64,000 nucleotides of DNA, taken from Cycas panzhihuaensis. Lineage: Eukaryota; Plantae; Cycadophyta. The stretch spans positions 56,737,741 through 56,801,740 of the forward strand of contig CM041465.1 in the NCBI GenBank assembly GCA_023213395.1. The letters run 5' to 3'. The position numbers were made by a program, and so were the translations under genes. Each line of letters begins with the position of its first letter. Positions within the stretch are counted from its first letter, which is position 1. Below, in pieces: positions 1-11,399 of this stretch. Below the pieces are notes generated by a model, which searched no databases, was not told the origin of the DNA, and saw only the letters and a program-made list of their open reading frames with translations.

Positions 1-445
1 AGGCAAAAACTGAAGCTAAACATGAATTAAGGCAGCTGGGGGAATGCCTAGGCAGTGGGCAAGCACCCAAAACAACCCAAAAAGTCCTAACTAAGGATCG
101 AGTTTGACTTAGAAAGGATGGCAACACAGACGACATGTCGTAACATGAGCAAGTAAACTGGCAGAAACACACCTGGGAGACTTTGGAGACATCATGGGTG
201 GCTGTACACCATATGGGGTGTCGCATTCACTGAGGAATGCCCCCGCTGTGAGTCGTCATAGGCTGAAGGTGTGCCATTAGGCACATGCATTATGAGTAAG
301 CAGGCAATCAACGCGTGAAGGTAGGCAGATGTCAAGCAACCTACTCTAAATAACCTTAATCAAACCACGGCAAAAAGGGTAAGAGAATATACCTGAACAA
401 CCTGCGTCGATGTATCTCGAGTCCATTCCCAGTGGCTGGGAAACA
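1..445 (-). mobile_element. 5' end of a Tat-family LTR (5' LTR or solo LTR) inserted in inverted orientation into a chromovirus pol
   Basis: The reverse complement from 445 reads TGTTTCCCAGCCACTGGGAATGGAC..., matching the LTR starts at 19357 (TGTTTCTCAGCTCCTGGGAATGGAC) and 8271. It also shares AGCCTATGACGACTC with the Tat-B LTR. No PPT precedes it; the flank is chromovirus pol. Confidence 0.8.
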
Positions 446-1845
446 AGGTGCTACAAAAAATCAAGGACTTAATACCAAGTACTCTCTCAAAGGAAATTTA
501 ATCTTGCGAAAAGGTAATATGCTAGTGCCTATAGTAGTGGCAATCAAAATAAAGATCTTAGAGGAGGCCCATCTGTCACCAGTGGGAGGCCATATAGGAG
601 TAGACAAAACTTATCACAAAATTTGAGAAAATTTCTTCTAGAAAGGAATGAAAGAAGAAATACAGAAGTTTGTAGTAGAATGTGATCACTGCCAGATAAA
701 CAAAGGAGAGAATGTAAAAGCTCTAGGTCTTCTTCAGCCTCTATCGATTCTGAAACAAAGATGGGAGGAGATATCTATGGACTTCATCACGAGGCTACCA
801 AAATTAGAAGGTAAGGATACCTTTTTTGTTGTTGTGGATTGACTAACTAAGTATGTACATTTTAGGGGAAGTCAAGCAACAATAAAAACTCCTCAAATAG
901 CAGAGTTATTCATCAAGGAGATATATCATCTCCATGGGTTTACAAAAGTAATAGTTAGCGATCGTGATCTTAAATTCACCAGTCATTTCTAGCAAGAATT
1001 ATTCAGATTGCCAGGCATGAAGCTTAATATGAGTTTCGCATATTATCCGCAATCAGACGGTCAGATAAAAGCTATAAATAAATGTATAGAGGGGTATCTA
1101 CGTAATTTCACCACTCAAAGCCTACTCCAATGGCACAAATGGCTTCATTTAGCAGAATGGTGGTATAATACAACTTACCACACTTCTTCCAAAATGTCCC
1201 CTTTTCAAGCATTATATGGATTTGAACTACCATCTATTCTTAATTGGACCCAGCCATCCAAAGTACAATCAATCAAAAAGTATCACAAACAGTCAAGGTA
1301 GATACTAGATACCTTAAAAGATAACTTCAACTTAGCTTGCAATCGAATGAAGCAACAAGCTGATCTTCAAAGAACGAAGTGTTTATTTGAGGTAGGAGAC
1401 TGGGTTTTTCTGTGATTACAATCCTACAAGCAAAATAGCCTAAAATAAACAGGATAAAATAAACTTCAACCGAAATTTTTTGGATCCTATAAAATCTTGG
1501 CTAAAATTAGAGATGTAACCTACTAATAGAGCTTCCCCTAGATTGCCGAATACACAATACATTCCATATTTCTTGCCTTAAGAGGAAGTTAGGAGAAAAG
1601 GTACCAATCCAGATAGAACTTCCAATATTAGATGAGGAAGGAGGACTATCAGTTGAACTAGAAGGTATCCTTGAGAAACGTACCAAAAGGTTGCATTCTC
1701 ATGAAATCACAGAATACCTTATCAAATGGAAAGTAATAGACAACAATGAAGCCACATGGGAATCTGAAGAATGGATACAATAGTACTAAATTTTACCCAT
1801 GCTTTGAAGGCAAAGCATGTTTTGAGGGGGGGGGGGGGGGGGGGA
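446..1845 (+). pseudogene. pol: Ty3/Gypsy chromovirus pol 3' part: integrase Zn-finger (HHCC), core and chromodomain; degenerate
   Basis: Translated fragments EEAHLSPVGGHIGVDKTY, VVECDHCQINK, WEEISMDFITRLP, AYYPQSDGQ, WLHLAEWWYNTTYHTSSKMSPFQALYG, a GPY-like segment and a chromodomain remnant (EYLIKWK...EATWE). Multiple stops and frameshifts. Confidence 0.9.
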
Positions 1846-2088
1846 GATTTTTAGTATTCCTAAATATGGTCATAAATATAGCTTATGACCATTTAAATCA
1901 AAGGTCTTTGAACGACGATTCCAATGATCTAGATGAAAGTTAATTCTGACATCTATATCAAAAGTTATGACCATTTATATTTAGCTTGCCAGTTTTTGGA
2001 GAAGTTCTGGCCGACTTCTATTTGAGCAGTATTAAGAAGAATATCACCTTTTCTGGCTGCCATCTATCTTCATTCACCGTTTCTGGCC
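1824..2088 (+). mobile_element. Poly-G PPT (1824-1847) and probable truncated 3' LTR of the chromovirus
   Basis: A G-run immediately follows the end of pol. About 240 bp of non-coding sequence follows, then homology to Tat pol starts at ~2089. Confidence 0.55.
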
Positions 2089-3433
2089 AACCCCTATCCC
2101 AAACCCTTCTGATGCTCCTGTTGATAATTCTTTGCCTTATGAGCCCATTTTGGCCATTTAAGATTCGTCTCTCCATCCATTGACTGACAACAAGTGGTAC
2201 ATGGATATTGTGCGATACCTCACCGAGTAGTAGTATCATCCCAATATGAGTAACAAGGTTAGGTCATGCATTCGGGCTACTACCAGGCAGTATTTTCTCA
2301 TAGGAGAGGTATTTTAGAAGAGGTCCTTTGATGGGATCCTTCTCCACTACGTCAACCCCAACAAGGTGGGCCAAATACTTCACGAATGCTATAACAGCAT
2401 TTGTGGTGGTCATTTTGAGGGCCAATCTGTTGCCTAAAGGATCCTTCGTATGGGGTATTATTGGTTGTCCCTCTTTAAGGATGCCCACACCTATGCCCTG
2501 AGATGTTGTCGTTGTCAAAAGCATGCTAACATCATCCATTTACCTTCTGAGGCCTTACACCCCATCATATCTCCATGGCCCTTCTCCCAATGGGGATTAG
2601 ACCTCATTGGGGCCATAACCTCACCTTCCTCATCGCAACACAAGTTCATATTGATGGCAATGGAATACTTTACTCAATGGGCCGAAGCAGTCCCTCTATC
2701 CTCTACTTCTGGCAAAATGATAGCCACCTTCATCTACCATCACATCATTTTTTGATTCGAGGTCCCTGACATCTTGATCACAGACAACAGAACCCCCTTC
2801 TGTAATAAGGAAATGGACAAATTTTGTGAGAAATTTAAGATCTCTCACAAAACCTCCTCTCCTTATTACCCCTAAGATAATGGCCAAATAGAATCTTTTA
2901 ACAAAACCCTCATAAACATCCTGAAGAAAACTGTCACCCAATCTAAAAAAGATTGGCACCTTCAAATTCCTCTTGCCCTATGGGCATATTGCACATCTAT
3001 CTGCATAGGGATGGCCCCATTCTCCCTTGTGTATGGAACTGAGGTAGTCCTCCCATTGAAAGTTGAGATCCCTTCCTTGCGAGTTTCCCTTTGGGGTCTT
3101 ATTGATAAGGAGTCTTACTGCCAGGCCCATCTCCTAGATCTCGAAGCCCTGGACAAGAAACGCTTGATCACCTATCAAGTAAATCTCGCCTCTAAAGCTA
3201 GGGCATGAAAGACATATAACAAATGCCTTTTCCCCTGCCCTTTACATCCTGGGGACCATGTCCTCAAGTTGGAATATCTCCATGATCGTTTGTCCAAGTT
3301 CAGACCTAAATGGGTTGGTCCCTTCGTCATTCTCGAAAACCTTGATAATGGCGCTTACATGATCACAACCTTGGAGGGTCTTGAATTTAAGAAAGTTATC
3401 AACCATAAGTTCCTTAAGAAATTCTACGTGTGA
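2089..3433 (+). pseudogene. pol: Tat-A integrase (degenerate)
   Basis: ECYNSICGGHF, GYYWLSLFKDAH...RCCRCQKHAN, SPWPFSQWGLDLIG, EYFTQWAEAVPL, PFSLVYGTEVVLP and KWVGPF...KFLKKFYV*, typical of Athila/Tat integrases. Confidence 0.9.
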
Positions 3434-4199
3434 TTATCCTTACTCCCGGGTAAGCTAGGCATACCGATTCCCCTTTTCTCACTCTAAAATAAGCTTAAAC
3501 TACAACTCTAAGTGTGTCCTCATTCCCCTAAACCATAGGTGGAATGATGGTTTAGGGTGGCCTTCCTATCTCTGCATTTTCTCCTATGGCATCTTATGTT
3601 TCCCTCCTGAGGGAAACCTTTCCTCCTTGTTGGATATGTAGGTTTCTGTTGCTCCCGAGCTCGAAAACACACTGCAACTAGGATTGCATGTGCGAGTACC
3701 TGTACTCCTTCTTCATCGTCATTTCCTTTACAAATCTCGCTATGCCCCTTCGACAGACATGCATGGTCCTCCATCTCTTAGCCTCATACATGCCTATCAC
3801 CTACACTCATAGTGGTCATATGTGCTCGCTACGAGTATGGCCCTGCATGAAAGGAAGTGTAGGCATCACCCAAACGATCTAATAACAAAAGCCATATAAC
3901 AACCAACCAAAATCATCATGATCTATAGTCTCTTGTGCACCCATGCACCCATGTCCATATACACATAAATATATAAATAAATAAATAACAAATACAACAT
4001 CATACACCATCATAACATCATTACCATGGATCAAATGGGGTGCCAATAGGCCCCTATCTATATATATAAAGAATCATATCATACAAAACAATATGGTACA
4101 TCATCCTAAGGAAGCTGGAATCCTTGTAGGGAGGAGTACAATCATGTGGTAACATATGGTGACTCCATGAAGGTCCATTTCTTTCCTGATTAAAATTGA

Positions 4200-6614
4200 C
4201 CATGTACTGCTCCTTGGTGCCCCTGCTCTCAAGGGGTATTATCTCCTGGCTAGTGTGATCCCTCCCTAGGAGACCACATGCCTCCTAGGCTCCTCCTACA
4301 CCGCTGTGAGCTCCCAACCTCACTCCCCTCGTCTCGAGGCCTCCTCGAGGTCATCGTCATCGTGTGGGTCTGAGTCTTGCTCTGCGACGACCTCGCTACC
4401 ATCTACTCCACCAACTGATTGTATCACCCCTAGATACGATCCCTCTCTCCCTCCACTCCTCGGAGCCTCTCCTCTAACACAACTATCCTAATGTAGCTCT
4501 CTGCATCGTCGCCTGCTGCTCCTCCACCCTAAGCCTCCAACGCATGTACTCAACCTTGTAAGGCATCCCTCTTCACGCGAATCCCATCCAACTCTCCTTG
4601 TAGTTGTCCTACCATCACCTAGTACTCTTGGGATTCTACCAACCTATGTCTGTGGTTCTGATTAGTGGGGCGAATGCCACTGTATGCGTCCCTGCTAATC
4701 AAGGCTCCTCCCTAGCCTGGATGGGAGGTTGCCCCTTCGCGTAGACCTGGGGGAATACCTCCTGGACTATTACCTCTATCAATCTCACCATCTCTGCTGC
4801 TCCTTCCAAGTCAAATATATCACGTGTTAGTATCCCCAAAAATAAATCAAAGCAAACTGTATAAGTACCTATTGGTCAAAAGATGATAGGAAGAGGTAGT
4901 GTCTCACTTCCTAAGATAATTGGCTCCTCGACTCAGACGACCACCTCCTCATCGGGACCTCCCTCGGTCATTCGTACCTCCTCCTCAACCTCGGGTACCA
5001 CCTCGCCTACTGCCTGGCCTACTAGGGCATCTCCTCCTCCCTCTGTCGCTGCCACTACTAGAGCTCTACCTACCACCCTCAATCTCTGCACTGGTGTGCG
5101 GGGTGGCCTACCTCCTCCTGCAGCTCCCAAAGGACCTGCCTCTCATCCTATATCCCTTGATGGACTAGCCACTCCTGATGGGCCTGCCCCGTCGCCTCCA
5201 TAATCACCTTCATCATCACCTCCATCTCCAGGACCACCTCCTAACCCTCCTACCTTGTCGTCGCTATCCCACCTCACTCCTCTATATGGGTTCACCGTGT
5301 AGTCTACCAGAGTGAGGAGGTCTAGCGATGTCACCTCTACTGACTGCCTAACATGTGCCTGATCCTTAGTCCCTCTAAACCGAGTCTGCCACTTGTATAC
5401 CATGGGCACTCTCGCTGAGATAGGGTGAGGTCCTCCTAGTGGTGCCACCACCCCAAAATGATAAAAAAGTAAATGATGTAGTAAGGTGTAATAGGAGAAT
5501 CCTCCTCTCCCTGCCACCCTGATAGCATCTAACTGGGCAACCATGTTTGCTGCTATCAGGGCGGCCCAATCTAGTCTCTCCATGGCCTCACATCTCATGA
5601 TCGTGTCCATCCATCTGCCTGGAATGTCTCTATAATTCTGTTTCTGGGAAATCTAGAACAGAATGGCCATTGTGATAAGTTTCCTTAACCGAGGAATCTG
5701 TGACATCACCATTGTCTCGACTGATATCCCCCACCTGTCCCACCTATCTTAACTAGTGAAGAATATAGGTGCCTCCCTGTGTGTAGTATCGGTGTTAGGT
5801 AGTGTCCCTAAAGATGTTGGTGCTCCTCCTATTGGTACACCCAAGATCCTCCTGATGTCTCCTAGCATGGTAGTAACGTCCCCCACTTGAGAAAGGTGGA
5901 AGACATACCGCCTGTAATCCCAATAGGTGACTATATCCACTAGGAGGCATTGATCCGACACATACTGGGGGGTCCTGATAATCTTCAGCAATCCACATCA
6001 CTCCAATATCCATCTATCCCCCTGTGTCATCATCTTTATGAAACTCATCATAGCAACTCTTATGTTTTCACAATTGTCCACTGCAATAACTGCCTTTAAA
6101 AACCACCCGAAAGTCAGTCACATCAATCCACACTATGTCTAGTTGCTCCTAGGATGCCCCTCATCTCACTCAAATGCGTCTGGCACCCTTTTGGGCCTAC
6201 TTTCCCTCTTTTTTCTCACTTTACACCTCTACCCTATGTTAAACTCTATGGTATCGCAGAGTTTGACATGGGCCTCACTGAGATTTCAGTATTTTCTCAA
6301 TGGCCCCGCGGTACACTCTGCGGCACCGCGATATTTGCCGCAGGGCCCTTCTTCCCCCCCATAAGAGGGGGGATGTCCAAAAACCCCAAAAAGTTTTATC
6401 TAGGTGGGCCAAAGCTACGCTGATTAGGACTAGGGTTGCCTAATGCCCTAGTCCTCCCACTCTTTAGACCCAAATCAGGCTCTATAGGGTCCTAAATTTC
6501 CCTTAAGGGGCCTGAAACTACTCTAAAAAAACTTAAAAACATATTAAATTAAATTGACGAAATGGAATAGTTAGGGGTTGATCCACTGACTGGATCCATC
6601 TTAGCTACTGCCAT
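4200..6614 (-). pseudogene. Tat-A antisense spliced PMD (Plant Mobile Domain, PF10536-like) gene; exons 6614-6591, 6093-4908, 4802-~4200
   Basis: LLVDIVTYWDYRRYVFHLSQVGDVTTMLGDIRRILGVPIGG and RLDWAALIAANMVAQL resemble the PMD motifs (W...HTFHLP.GE.TITL.DV..ILGLP..G; W...LA.LY..L). The GT-AG introns restore the frame. The 3' end is approximate. Confidence 0.75.
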
Positions 6615-7352
6615 CTCATTGCCCTAGTCTCGTTGGCTATCTCTACTCTTTGATCCAATGGTCAGATCTCTTGATGTGTGCCTCTGAAGTCAAGCGGTGC
6701 TCCACTGCATAAGGGAAAGGGCTCTAGATCAATTGTGAGCCCGTGAAAATGAACTTCATTTTCACCTTGTTTCCCTCATATAGGCAGAGGCCCCGATGAG
6801 AACTTTCTCCTTTCCTTCCTCCATGATAGCCCCTACAACTACTTTTTCTCCCATATCATTTTTGCCTTCTGGGTCTGTCCCTTGTTTCGCCTCTGTGGCC
6901 TCCTTTTTTTACCTTCCTAGTGCATTTATAATGACCCCTTCAGTCTTTTGCAAACCCCTTCTACCTCCATTTTCACACCACTCCAAAACATACCCATGTT
7001 TATACTCCTTTGGCTCATTTCACTGCCTTGGATCTGTTTTTGCTATTCGTTCGAGCCTTTGGAGTTCCCAAAAGAAGCACCTTCCCTATTTGAGGCCTCG
7101 CCTTAGTCCCTTTTAATGGCCTTTGGGACCTCGGAGGGGCCCTTTTGCCGTTGTTTCCTTCCCTTCTGTCGGGTTGGTCTCCTTGTCCCTGGGTAGCCTC
7201 CCTTTAGGGCTCTCCTATCCTTCACGATCCCTATTCATAGCCTTCCGAGTGCTTTGTAGCCCTATCGCTACCTCTCATACTTTTCTTTGCTCATCAACCT
7301 TGTCATCGCTTTTCTCCTTCTACCATCTAACCGAGACCCTCATCACCTTACC

Positions 7353-7775
7353 ATGGCATTGCTCATCTTTACCGATGGGGGAAGCTGTGGAAACCTAGGC
7401 CCTTCTTCCACTACGTGGATCCTTAGTGACCCCTCCGGATATGATTATATACATTCTGGAGTCTTCCTTCTTGAAGTTACCAATAACAAAGCTGAGTACA
7501 CAGCCGTTATCGAAGCCCTTACCGATGCACTCTATTTTCACTGCAAACCCCTCAATCTTCTTTGTGACTCTCAGGTCATTGTGTCACACCTTACCTAGGT
7601 TTACCAAGTACGTTGCCCATGCCTGAGAGCCCTCACCTTGATTTCTAGGTCCCTTTTATCTCATTTCTCTTCTGTAGATATCCGACATATTTCTGGGGAC
7701 CACAATGCTGAGGCGGATGACCTCATCTGTCTCATCCTTGAGCGTCGTCTCCCTCTCCTCGATAACCCCCCTTGA
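7353..7775 (+). pseudogene. Tat-A free-standing archaeal-type RNase HI (aRH), 140 codons, one internal TAG
   Basis: ACCATGG start. MALLIFTDGGSCGNLGP...TNNKAEY...CDSQVIV...HISGDHNAEADDL, with the D/E/D/D catalytic set present. Confidence 0.85.
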
Positions 7776-8260
7776 GGAACTTGTCTGGTCATTCAGGTGC
7801 CCAGGTTTTGGGCCATTCCATCTTCCATATTACGATCCGTTCATACCTCTGAAAGCTGGCCACTAATGAGGTTAAACTATGGTGACCATCAAGTTTGTTC
7901 TCTTCACTCTACCTTTCGTACCACTCCCGGTACAGAGTTCCAATTATTTTGATTCCCCTATGTAAATAGCATCCCATTCATAGCATTTGTTCGATCGTGT
8001 TGGTGACTATCATTGTTATTTATCTTGTACTTATGTGATGGGGGCATCCCCCTCATTTGCTTTCACCACCAGTCGACTTTAGGGTGACACATAGGCAACC
8101 CCTATACTGCCACTCTCTCATCTCCCTATCCACATGTCCCGACACGACACTCATCGTCACCCTTAGTTGATGACATTGTTGTATTTATTATATATTACTA
8201 GCATTTTATTGCTAGCATTTGCCATCACGTTATGCTTCTGAGTAATGAGGCTCTGTTGCC

Positions 8261-8270
8261 AAGGGGGCAG
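8261..8270 (+). other. Polypurine tract of Tat-A
   Basis: AAGGGGGCAG directly before the LTR-initial TG. Equivalent tracts lie at 19347-19356 and 43836-43845 (-). Confidence 0.8.
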
Positions 8271-11200
8271 TGTTTCTTGGCAATGGACATGGGCAAGTTG
8301 ACTTAGGTAAGTTTAGGTATGTTGTTATCCCTTACCTTTATCAGTTCTAGAGAATGTAGATTGAGGTACTTTACCTGCATTGCATGATGATTAATTGACT
8401 GCATGATCAGTACAACATTGTTGGACCATATTGCATCCCAACACTTTTCAGCCTATAATGATCTAGGGATACATATCCCATGGCACTCCACAAACCTCCT
8501 CCATGTCTCCACGACATCCCAGAGTACTGCTTGGCCTCCGTAGCCCATATCACATCACTTGTTGGTGTGACATAACCCCTGGCACCTCGCTTAGGCCTGG
8601 TTGTTGCCTTGCACCTACTTCTTATATCTCTTTTAAGAATCTTTTATCATCATTGCTTACTTGTTGTGGCCCCTTTAAGTCCCATAACCCCTTTTTACCA
8701 CTTGGATATAATAGCATACCTCCTTAGGCCTAAGTTTCCCTTTTTTGGAGCTTCTGAGTTCCCCTTTCTCTCCTTTTACTTTGTTTTTACCGTGCCGTGT
8801 TAAACTTCGTGGTACTACTGCAAACTTTGTGGTACTACTAAGTTTACCATAGGGTGACTATCCACGGTCATTTTTTAAGTTTGCCATGGCTAATTTCACA
8901 TTTATTATGAAATTACCATATGGCAGTAACTTGTTTCTTACCTAAGTTGAACCCTAATTACTCGATTGAGCTAGGGTTGGGTTTAAAAACCCAAAAACCA
9001 CCTCATTTTAGCTTTCTTTCTTAGCGATCTCCTCTAAAAATTCCCTATAGACAGCATCAAGTTTTGCTAGACCTGATTCTCAGCCAGTTGCCAGCCTCCT
9101 ACAGCTCAAGACACGTGTGTTGTAGGTCTACAATGTGGCCAACCAAGGGAAGATCTTACTTCAAATGCTCCACCAATCTTTAGGCATCCTTCTTGCTCTA
9201 ATTTTATCTCTATTTGCTGCACTATTGGGGTCTTCTCCTACAAACCCTAAAGGGGCTACTTCTTCACCTAGTTTCACTAGTAAATCTACCTCAAAATTGC
9301 CCATAACAAGTACCCTCAATTTAGTCTCTTACTTTCCTTTCTTTGAGCAATATAAATACTTTTCACCAGTATCTTTTTTGCAACAAGTTTCTTCTTTTCT
9401 TTCCATTGCAAAGGGAGGTAAACCCTCCCTTTTTCTTGGCATGTCTTCTTCTCCACTTGGTTCCTTTCTGGGTTCTTCAAGGAGGCAGCAAGGAAGAGGT
9501 TCCCATGGAGAGCAAAAGGAGTCATAGGCAAGGTCCTATACCTAATGTGCCTTCTCCTCAAGGTCAACCCCCTTCTCTCCTTACCTCTCCTTCTCCATAC
9601 CTCCCTTAGATCACTGTTGGCAGTAGCGTAGGAAGCCCCCTTGCTACATCTGCAACTAACACAGCATATCCTACATGGTTAGGGTTTCACCCCCACTCCA
9701 TACCCCCCTTGCCTCTTGATTCAATCCTTACAAAAATCTGCAAAAGTTGCACTTTGTAACTTTTGCAATATCAACAATATTAGTAGCATTTCTTGCCAAC
9801 TTTGCTTATATTTTTGGAAACTTGTTTGCATTTTCTTACCCTTTCATCTTGGTACTCAGGGGCAATGTGGAGCACCTTTGATTTGGAGGGTTAGACATTT
9901 TAAGGCTAACCACCCTTCCTCTTTCTCTTCCCCCCTTTTCCCATATCATACGTTAAACAACATATGAAACACAAGGAGTAATATTGATATTGGATGCATT
10001 TCTTTCAACAGAGACAATCGTATCTTGTTACTTTCCATATCGTATACTCATCCTGCATATGTTTGGTGCCCCTTGGGAAAGGGTGAACCTTGTTGGTTAA
10101 AGTTTTCTTTTACATTTGGAGGAAAAGAAGATTGCGTCCTAAGTACGTTCCTCCCTCTTTCGATAGTTATTTTTCTTTGCTCTAAAAAATTGTAAGGTAA
10201 AGTTGCATTAGTCTTTACGTTTCCCTTCCTCGCATTTCCTTTTTCTTTTCAGTTTCAGGGAAGGTAAGGAAGCCCCCCCTTTCTTCGTCAGCACTCCTTC
10301 TGTTATGCTATCTGTGGCAAGGAGAAGGACAAGGATTGTTGGTGTAGTGAGGGTAGCAGTACTTCGGCCATCACATTCTGGGTACATCTCTCTCTTCCTA
10401 GCCTTCTTTTCCGTACTCTTTTTCCCCCTTTCGAGTACCCCTTAGGCAAAATGAAAGAAAAGGATTGGTATGGTCTTTTGCACTTTGCTTATTTGTTTTA
10501 TGTTTGCTCATTTTAAGCTCATATAGTAGAAGACCTAGGCACTTGCTTGCACATACCTCTATCATCTTGTTACATGTCACTATGCAGCTTTGCATCCCTT
10601 GCATGAGCTTTGTGCCACGTAGCAATCTCCTTAATTCTATTTTTTCATTCAAAAGTATAAAGAGAGTGAGGTTGCATATAGTAAAAGAGAGGGAGAGATT
10701 TGCATTACTTTCTTTCTTTGAAAATTAATTTCTCTTAAACATAAATGCAACATTCCCATAAACACTACACTCTCACTTTGTATCTCTCTACCATACACGA
10801 AACAAAGACAAACACAAGACAACCCCCTTTGTCAACCTGCCATACCTAGAATCCTCCTTAGGTTTGGCACTTTGAGAGAACCACCTCTCAAGGTCATTTG
10901 CTCCCTTTTGACTTTGTTCCCCTAAGCTAGACCTCCCAAGTTTGGTCTTTAGGTCGACGCTTAGCTTGTGAAACTAGCCACCATCTTGACTACTCCTATT
11001 CTAAGCCACTTAGGCTTACGCGTGTGTCTTCCCCTCTTCTTACTAAGGATCATTCCTTTCATAACCCCCTTCACAAGGGGAGCTATTCCCTCGCCTCTTT
11101 CCTCCCTCCTTCAGCCATCCAAGGATGGGAAGGCTCCCTTTTGAGGTTACTTGGGAAACCGAGGAGATCACTTGTCCATCCACTACTCCATATCGAGGGA

Positions 11201-11379
11201 GAGTTACCTCAAAGGAGTTTGTGCACCATTTATGGGTCCTGAACCTACGTTTCGACATACGGATGTCCTTTGTGGGTGATTTCTTTCACTTGCCATTGCA
11301 GGTCCATAGCCATCAAAACCATTTATCATTTGGCTCAATCTCATTCAAGTTTAGTGACCCCTCTAAAAGTGTGATTCCA
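8271..11379 (+). repeat. Tat-A 3' LTR (~3.1 kb)
   Basis: Starts TGTTTC after the PPT. Blockwise homologous to 19357-22535. Homology ends at GTGTGATTCCA (Tat-B: GTGTGCTTCCA). Confidence 0.7.
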
Positions 11380-11399
11380 CACAAGTGGGAGGTGTTTGC

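Larger units (their letters stand above)
2089..11379 (+). mobile_element. Tat-A: 3' half of a Tat-like Ty3/Gypsy element (INT, antisense PMD gene, aRH gene, PPT, 3.1 kb LTR)
   Basis: Colinear with Tat-B (13320-22535) over its whole length. PPT followed by a TG...CA LTR. Confidence 0.85.

Noticed and set aside
4883-5203. Ser/Pro/Thr-rich plus-strand ORFs (also 4306-4491, 16027-16380)
   Set aside because: These are shadow frames of the Glu/Gly-rich antisense PMD gene.
7846-7891. Hammerhead ribozyme (CTAATGAG resembling CTGATGAG)
   Set aside because: All copies have CTAATGA/CTAAAGA and TAAAC rather than CTGANGA and GAAAC, and the three stems cannot be formed.
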